A DNA stretch of 34,559 bases from the NCBI GenBank assembly GCA_964414925.1, contig CAYPXV010000004.1, positions 1 through 34,559 on the forward strand. Reading direction: 5' to 3'. The number at the start of each line of letters is the position of its first letter. Positions within the stretch are counted from its first letter, which is position 1. Under the pieces are notes generated by a model. That model was given only the letters and a program-made list of their open reading frames with translations. It did not search any database and was not told the origin of the DNA. This DNA comes from an uncultured Clostridium sp. GTDB lineage: Bacteria > Bacillota > Clostridia > Christensenellales > CAG-138. Below are positions 29,120 through 34,559 of the stretch, one piece after another. The translations under genes and the position numbers were made by a program.

Positions 29120-31765
29120 TTGGCAAGTCAATCAACCAAAGGACAAAAAAGCGGAGCATCCGCTCGCACAGCTTCATCCGCTAAAAATAAAAATACCGCA
29201 CAAACAAGCGATACTTCCAATCGCAGAATTATTACCGGTATAAGCTTAATCATAGCATCGATTATTTTAGGTTTGTTTATCTATGCCGGCACATCCGGTT
29301 TACTGAGTTTTATCGTTCCGTTTTTAAAAGGGTTATTCGGAATTACGGCATATGCCGTTCCCGTGCTTGTTCTGGGCATCGGTGTGTATCTTCTTATCAC
29401 GCCAAAAAGCAAAATTTCAAGCCGTAGGCTTTTCTTCACAATTGCGGCACTGTTTTCGGTATTGCACTTAATTCACACCATTGCAATGAGCGATTATCTG
29501 AATTTAAACTTTTTTAAATTTATAGGTTTATCCTATACCGAGGGCATAAAGGGTGTAGGCAGCGGTGCGGTATGCTCCGTTTTAACAAGAGCCTTCTCCG
29601 CTCTAATCGGCAAAGTAGGCACAATTATACTCTTTATAGGTCTTATCCCCATAATGCTGCTTTGCGCAACAAGCGGAATGAAGTTCAATGTTCCCGAACC
29701 GTCACATAAACAGAACCGACCGACAAACGAGGTTAAACGCACTAAAATGCCCAGGGTCGATGAAGATGATGAGTTCATGCCCCATTCGGGGAAAATCCTG
29801 ACTGCCGCCGATTATCAGCCGCCCAAGAAAACATCAAGCCGTAAACCCGGTTCGTCAAATCTGCCCGTCGTATCCGACGACGAAAGCGACGAAAACGATG
29901 AAACCGATTATGCACCCGTTACACAACACAAGAGAAAGAGCAATGCACGAAATAACGAAGTTAAGGATGATTTAACTCTGTACCCTGCTTCAGGCAAACT
30001 TGATTCGAAACGCAGCAGACGTGATTCGATACGCAATGACTTTAAAATCGGAGACAGTTTCACACCGTCTCAACGTTATACTACCATCGATATTCCCAAG
30101 CCCGACCGTGAAGATGCGGCGATGAGCGAAGAAGAAGGGCAAACAGCGCCTCCTATTGAAAATTTTCCGGTGGAAAATTCTCCGTTAGAGAATTACCCTA
30201 TTGAGGAAGAAACCGTTCCCGAGGATATTGCTCCTCAAACGGAAGAAGAAACGGATACGGAGGAACAGCCGACTTCTTCAATTGTAGAGGGTTCTGCATC
30301 GGACTTATACGAATATAGCCGTCCGCCGTTGAGCTTATTGAAAAAGCCGGGTGCGGTCGTGCGCTCCAACGGTAAAGCCGATGCAAAGGCAAGGACGCTT
30401 ATAGAAACCCTTGCAAGTTTCGGCGTAAATGCCACTATAGTCAGCATATGCGAAGGTCATCGTATAATCAGATTTGAAATACAGTTGGCTGCCGGAATAA
30501 GGGTCGGCAAGGTAACAACCTTAAAAAAGGATATAGCGGTAGCACTTGCATCGTCGCCCGTGCGCATTGAAGCACCTATTCCCGGACGCAGCACTATCGG
30601 AATTGAAATTCCGAGTGACACTCCCACACCTGTACTTCTCAGAGAGGTATTTGAAAGTGATAATTTCAGAAATGCGAAGGGTTCTCTTGTATTTGCACTA
30701 GGCAAGGACATAACAGGTAATGTCATTACCGCAGACCTTGCGGATATGCCTCATATGCTTGTTGCGGGTACGACGGGTTCGGGCAAATCCGTATGTATCA
30801 ATTCCATAATACTCAGCCTTGCATACAGACTTTCTCCAAAGGAAGTTCGAATGATTCTTATAGACCCGAAGGTCGTTGAATTTAAAGTCTATGCTCCCTT
30901 GCCACATTTGTTCTGCCCTGTCGTTACGGATAAGAACAAAGCCGCAGGCGCATTGCGCTGGGTTGCAAACGAAATGGACAAGCGATATGCCGAACTCGGA
31001 AAGTATGGATATCGTAAGATAGACACATATAACGCAACCAGGGAAAACGAGGAAGAACGTTGGCCTCGCATCGTAGTTGTTATCGATGAGCTTTCCGACT
31101 TGATGCTCGTTGCGCCAAAGGACGTTGAGGACAGCATATTGAGAATTTCCCAGTTGGGTCGTGCATCGGGTATACATTTAATCGTCGCAACCCAACGTCC
31201 GTCGGTGGATGTAATCACAGGCACGATAAAATCCAACCTTCCCTCCAAGATAGCATTTGCGGTTTCACGCTATGTTGACTCCAATGTTATTCTTGACGAA
31301 AGCGGAGCGGAGAACCTTCTCGGAAACGGCGATATGATCTTTGCCCCGAACGGCGCCGGTAAATCAAAGCGTATTCAAGGTGCGTTCGTTGACGACTCTG
31401 AGGTTGCTGCTGTTATGAACTTCTTCGAAAGTTGCGGTCAGGCTGCGCCCGAAAAGGACGAAGGCATTATCCGTGCGCTTGATGCCATAACAAGTGCCCA
31501 CGGCGCAAATGACCCCGATGAGGACGAGGACTTGCCGGCAGCACTGCGTGTCGTGGTTGAAAAAGGCAAAGCTTCCGCCTCATATTTACAGAGGGTTATG
31601 CGTATAGGCTATGCCAAAGCTTCAAGACTTATGGACATTATGGAGCAAAAGGGCTATGTAGGGCCTCAGGACGGTGCAAAGCCGAGAGAGATTTATATCA
31701 CCTCCGCTATGTACGCACAGCTCTATCCCGATAACGCCCCAATCGAACAGGAAGAAGCGAATTAG
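29120..31765 (+). CDS. ftsK: FtsK/SpoIIIE DNA translocase
   Basis: N-terminal TM region, acidic linker, RIEAPIPG, AGTTGSGKS, IDPK, IDELSDLM, ATQRPS, gamma domain ASYLQRVMRIGYAKA; TTG start behind GGAGG. Confidence 0.95.
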   Translation: MASQSTKGQKSGASARTASSAKNKNTAQTSDTSNRRIITGISLIIASIILGLFIYAGTSGLLSFIVPFLKGLFGITAYAVPVLVLGIGVYLLITPKSKISSRRLFFTIAALFSVLHLIHTIAMSDYLNLNFFKFIGLSYTEGIKGVGSGAVCSVLTRAFSALIGKVGTIILFIGLIPIMLLCATSGMKFNVPEPSHKQNRPTNEVKRTKMPRVDEDDEFMPHSGKILTAADYQPPKKTSSRKPGSSNLPVVSDDESDENDETDYAPVTQHKRKSNARNNEVKDDLTLYPASGKLDSKRSRRDSIRNDFKIGDSFTPSQRYTTIDIPKPDREDAAMSEEEGQTAPPIENFPVENSPLENYPIEEETVPEDIAPQTEEETDTEEQPTSSIVEGSASDLYEYSRPPLSLLKKPGAVVRSNGKADAKARTLIETLASFGVNATIVSICEGHRIIRFEIQLAAGIRVGKVTTLKKDIAVALASSPVRIEAPIPGRSTIGIEIPSDTPTPVLLREVFESDNFRNAKGSLVFALGKDITGNVITADLADMPHMLVAGTTGSGKSVCINSIILSLAYRLSPKEVRMILIDPKVVEFKVYAPLPHLFCPVVTDKNKAAGALRWVANEMDKRYAELGKYGYRKIDTYNATRENEEERWPRIVVVIDELSDLMLVAPKDVEDSILRISQLGRASGIHLIVATQRPSVDVITGTIKSNLPSKIAFAVSRYVDSNVILDESGAENLLGNGDMIFAPNGAGKSKRIQGAFVDDSEVAAVMNFFESCGQAAPEKDEGIIRALDAITSAHGANDPDEDEDLPAALRVVVEKGKASASYLQRVMRIGYAKASRLMDIMEQKGYVGPQDGAKPREIYITSAMYAQLYPDNAPIEQEEAN

Positions 31766-31777
31766 AAAGGATTATTT

Positions 31778-33088
31778 ATGAATAAAGATAATATTAAAGT
31801 CGGAGTTGTTTCCCTGGGATGCTCCAAAAATACGGTAGATACCGAGATTATGTTGAGCGAACTGAAACACCGTGGATTCACTCCCGTATCTCAGGCTTGC
31901 GATGCCGACATTATCATCGTCAATACCTGCGGTTTTATAGAAAGTGCGAAGCTCGATTCCATAAAAACCGTGCTTGAAATGGCTGAATACAAACAGAACG
32001 GTAACTGTTGTTTTCTCGTTATGACGGGCTGTTTAAGCCAGCGTTACCGCGATGAATTGTCTGACGAACTTCCCGAAGTGGATATGTTCTGGGGTGTAAA
32101 GGACTATCCCCGTTTTGCCGATGAACTGGCGGAAAAGTTCGGTTTAAAATCCAATATGGGCAGTTGCGGCGGCAGGATTCTTACAACGCCCGATTACAGA
32201 GCGTATCTGCGCATTGCCGACGGCTGTGACAACCGCTGTACATATTGTGCCATTCCGCTAATAAGGGGTGGTCGTGTCAGCTTCCCCATGGAACAGCTCA
32301 TAAAGGAAGCAACCGAACTTAGCGAAAAAGGTGTAACCGAACTTACCGTTATAGCGCAGGATACATCCGCATACGGCATTGACCTCTACGGTAAACCCAT
32401 GCTGAAAGAACTGCTTACGGAGCTTGCGAAGATTGAGAAGCTCCGCTGGATAAGGCTCTTATATACCTATCCCAATACGGTTGACGAAGCACTTATCGAT
32501 ACGATGGTTAAGGAACCTAAAATTTGCAATTACATCGATATGCCCATTCAGCATATTTCCGAAAATATGCTTTCGGCGATGAACCGTCACGGAAGTGCGG
32601 CGCATATCAGGCACATTACGGACTATATTCGAAAGACTGCCCCCGATTTTATTCTTCGCACAACGGTAATGCTGGGTTTCCCCGGCGAAACGGAAGAAGA
32701 TTTTAACGAGCTTATGGATTTCCTTGTCGAGCATCCGTTCGATCGAGTAGGAGCATTCACATATTCCGCAGAGGATAATACGCCTGCCGCAACGATGGAA
32801 TGCCAGATTGACGAATCGGTGAAAAAATCGAGAATGGATAAGCTCATGCACAGGCAGCAGCGCATATCCCTTGAAGCAAACCGCCGCAGAATCGGAGAGA
32901 AAACGCTTGTTCTGGTTGAAGAATGTATGGATAATATCGCCTATGCCAGAAGCTATGCGGAAGCTGCCGATGTTGACGGATGGATAAAAATCGAATTGAA
33001 CGGTCATCAGCTCTTGCCGGGTGAATATGTTACCGTAGAGATAACCGATGCCGATATTTACGACTTGAAAGGAAAAATCTCAGAATGA
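31778..33088 (+). CDS. rimO: Ribosomal protein S12 methylthiotransferase
   Basis: SLGCSKN, NTCGFI, radical SAM CDNRCTYC, LLYTYP, GFPGETEE, TRAM domain; rimO-pgsA synteny. Confidence 0.92.
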   Translation: MNKDNIKVGVVSLGCSKNTVDTEIMLSELKHRGFTPVSQACDADIIIVNTCGFIESAKLDSIKTVLEMAEYKQNGNCCFLVMTGCLSQRYRDELSDELPEVDMFWGVKDYPRFADELAEKFGLKSNMGSCGGRILTTPDYRAYLRIADGCDNRCTYCAIPLIRGGRVSFPMEQLIKEATELSEKGVTELTVIAQDTSAYGIDLYGKPMLKELLTELAKIEKLRWIRLLYTYPNTVDEALIDTMVKEPKICNYIDMPIQHISENMLSAMNRHGSAAHIRHITDYIRKTAPDFILRTTVMLGFPGETEEDFNELMDFLVEHPFDRVGAFTYSAEDNTPAATMECQIDESVKKSRMDKLMHRQQRISLEANRRRIGEKTLVLVEECMDNIAYARSYAEAADVDGWIKIELNGHQLLPGEYVTVEITDADIYDLKGKISE

Positions 33089-33678
33089 ATTTACCCAATA
33101 AGCTCACAATGCTGAGAATTATAATGATACCTCTTTTTATCGCCTGCTTCTTTATGCCGCAAAGCTGGATTCTGGGCGAAATAAACGGGGTTGCAATGAC
33201 ATGGAGCAGCTTCTCGGCTGCAATAGTCTTTCTCCTTGCCTATGTTACCGATACTCTTGACGGCAGAATAGCAAGGGCAAAGGGCTTGGTTACAGACTTC
33301 GGCAAGCTCATGGATCCCACGGCGGATAAACTTTTAAGCTCGGCTGCACTTATAATGCTGTGCAAATTCGAAATTATGAGCTACGGCAATATCCTTATGC
33401 CTATATTCGCCTTTATCATTATCGCAAGGGAAATTTTCATAAGCGGTATACGCCAGTTGGCTGCGTCCAAAGGAATCGTCATTGCCGCAAAGAATATCGG
33501 CAAGGTTAAGACAACACTTCAATTTATCGCTTTGTTTGTGACGCTGATGGGAGGCGCATTGTTCAAAGCTATAAATGTTCCCGTTGATTTTATTTTGATG
33601 TGCATCGCCACCGTTCTCACGATATGGTCGGGCATAGACTATACCGTCGGTGCTAAAGAACTGTTTAAACAAAGATAA
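33085..33678 (+). CDS. pgsA: Phosphatidylglycerophosphate synthase
   Basis: MNLPNKLT.LR, DTLDGRIAR..VTDFGKLMDPTADK, GKVKT. Confidence 0.95.
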   Translation: MNLPNKLTMLRIIMIPLFIACFFMPQSWILGEINGVAMTWSSFSAAIVFLLAYVTDTLDGRIARAKGLVTDFGKLMDPTADKLLSSAALIMLCKFEIMSYGNILMPIFAFIIIAREIFISGIRQLAASKGIVIAAKNIGKVKTTLQFIALFVTLMGGALFKAINVPVDFILMCIATVLTIWSGIDYTVGAKELFKQR

Positions 33679-33694
33679 AGAAATGAGGGTTTTT

Positions 33695-34219
33695 ATGGAA
33701 AAAGAAGAAATGCTTTCAAAGATTCGTTTTTACACGAACAAGCTCTGTGAACTTCTCAATGAGGACGGAGCGACGATTTCGGTTGCGGAATCGGGTTTGG
33801 GCTCAATTCTTTCGGGCTGTATTTCCGAGTTTGAGTCAAGTCACTTTTATTTCGTCGGAAGCTGCATGGCGCAAACGCCTTTGGAGCTTAATCGCCTTTT
33901 GGGTATCCCCCTTGAACAAATCGAGCTTGAGGGTGTTGTATCAAAAACCGTAACTGCGGAAATGGCAAAGGCTGTACTTGATATAACCGACAGCGTTTTC
34001 TCCATAGCCGTTACGGGGCATATGGAAAAATTGCCCGATAATTTTGACGAGAACATCATACCCGTTTGTATCTGCGTTGCCTCCGGTGACGGCTATGTCG
34101 TAAACGAATACAAATTCAATTATGACAGAACCACTGCTAAATTTGCCGCCGCACTTGAAGCGATAAAGCTTGCTTGCAGCGTTATCAACACATACATACA
34201 CAGCGGTACAAACCGTTAA
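33695..34219 (+). CDS. CinA C-terminal / PncC-like protein, degenerate
   Basis: ISVAES, YFVG, LLGIP, GVVS..V.AEMA, IAVTG; occupies the cinA position between pgsA and recA. Confidence 0.75.
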   Translation: MEKEEMLSKIRFYTNKLCELLNEDGATISVAESGLGSILSGCISEFESSHFYFVGSCMAQTPLELNRLLGIPLEQIELEGVVSKTVTAEMAKAVLDITDSVFSIAVTGHMEKLPDNFDENIIPVCICVASGDGYVVNEYKFNYDRTTAKFAAALEAIKLACSVINTYIHSGTNR

Positions 34220-34258
34220 TGGATTTAAATAATTTAACTACTATTTTGGGAGGAAACT

Positions 34259-34559
34259 ATGCAAAAAGAAAAAGCTCTTGATTCGGCATTGGTTCAAATC
34301 GAAAAGCAGTACGGCAAAGGTGCCATAATGCTGATGAATGATGCGGCATCCAAAATCCAGGTGGACACCATTTCCACAGGCTGTATAGAACTTGATGCGG
34401 CTCTCGGTGTAGGCGGTGTACCGCGCGGTAGAATCGTTGAAATTTACGGTCCCGAATCATCAGGTAAAACCACGCTTGCGCTGCATATTATTGCCGAAGC
34501 GCAAAAGGATAAGGGTATGTGCGTTTTCATCGACGCCGAACACGCCCTTGACCCCGTTT
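34259..34559 (+). CDS. recA: Recombinase RecA (3'-truncated by window edge; absent from the ORF track)
   Basis: Own translation [58 protein letters not shown]; RBS GGAGG. Confidence 0.98.
   Translation, partial: MQKEKALDSALVQIEKQYGKGAIMLMNDAASKIQVDTISTGCIELDAALGVGGVPRGRIVEIYGPESSGKTTLALHIIAEAQKDKGMCVFIDAEHALDPV

Noticed and set aside
28992-29243. 83-aa ORF between ung and ftsK
   Set aside because: Runs through a terminator and overlaps ftsK out of frame; no RBS
1-34559. CRISPR arrays, tRNA/rRNA, transposases, integrases, recoded stops
   Set aside because: Intergenic gaps are short and non-repetitive; all long ORFs are intact recognisable genes under the standard code

Overview
Core-chromosome segment of a Clostridia-like Firmicute (inferred from gene content, the clostridial fused purL and sigma-A promoters). 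Order: 3' part of ppdK; a solitary AAA+/DUF4143 ATPase; purA-purB on the - strand, divergent from a de novo purine cluster (purE-C-F-M-N, stand-alone PurO-type IMP cyclohydrolase, transformylase-only PurH, purD, purL); folD and guaB; rpmH-rnpA-yidD-yidC-jag-mnmE; glgP; a YitT membrane protein and ung; ftsK/spoIIIE-rimO-pgsA-CinA-like-recA (5' part). I see no rRNA, tRNA, CRISPR array, IS or prophage. I cannot demonstrate a new multi-gene system. The best leads are: structured, switch-like leaders of purA and purE matching no riboswitch consensus I recognise; a FolD with substituted folate-site motifs; a PncC/CinA domain lacking its catalytic Lys; the rpmH block uncoupled from dnaA and mnmG; and paired 30-bp pseudo-palindromes flanking the ATPase promoter. 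All calls are by-eye motif recognition; no searches were run.
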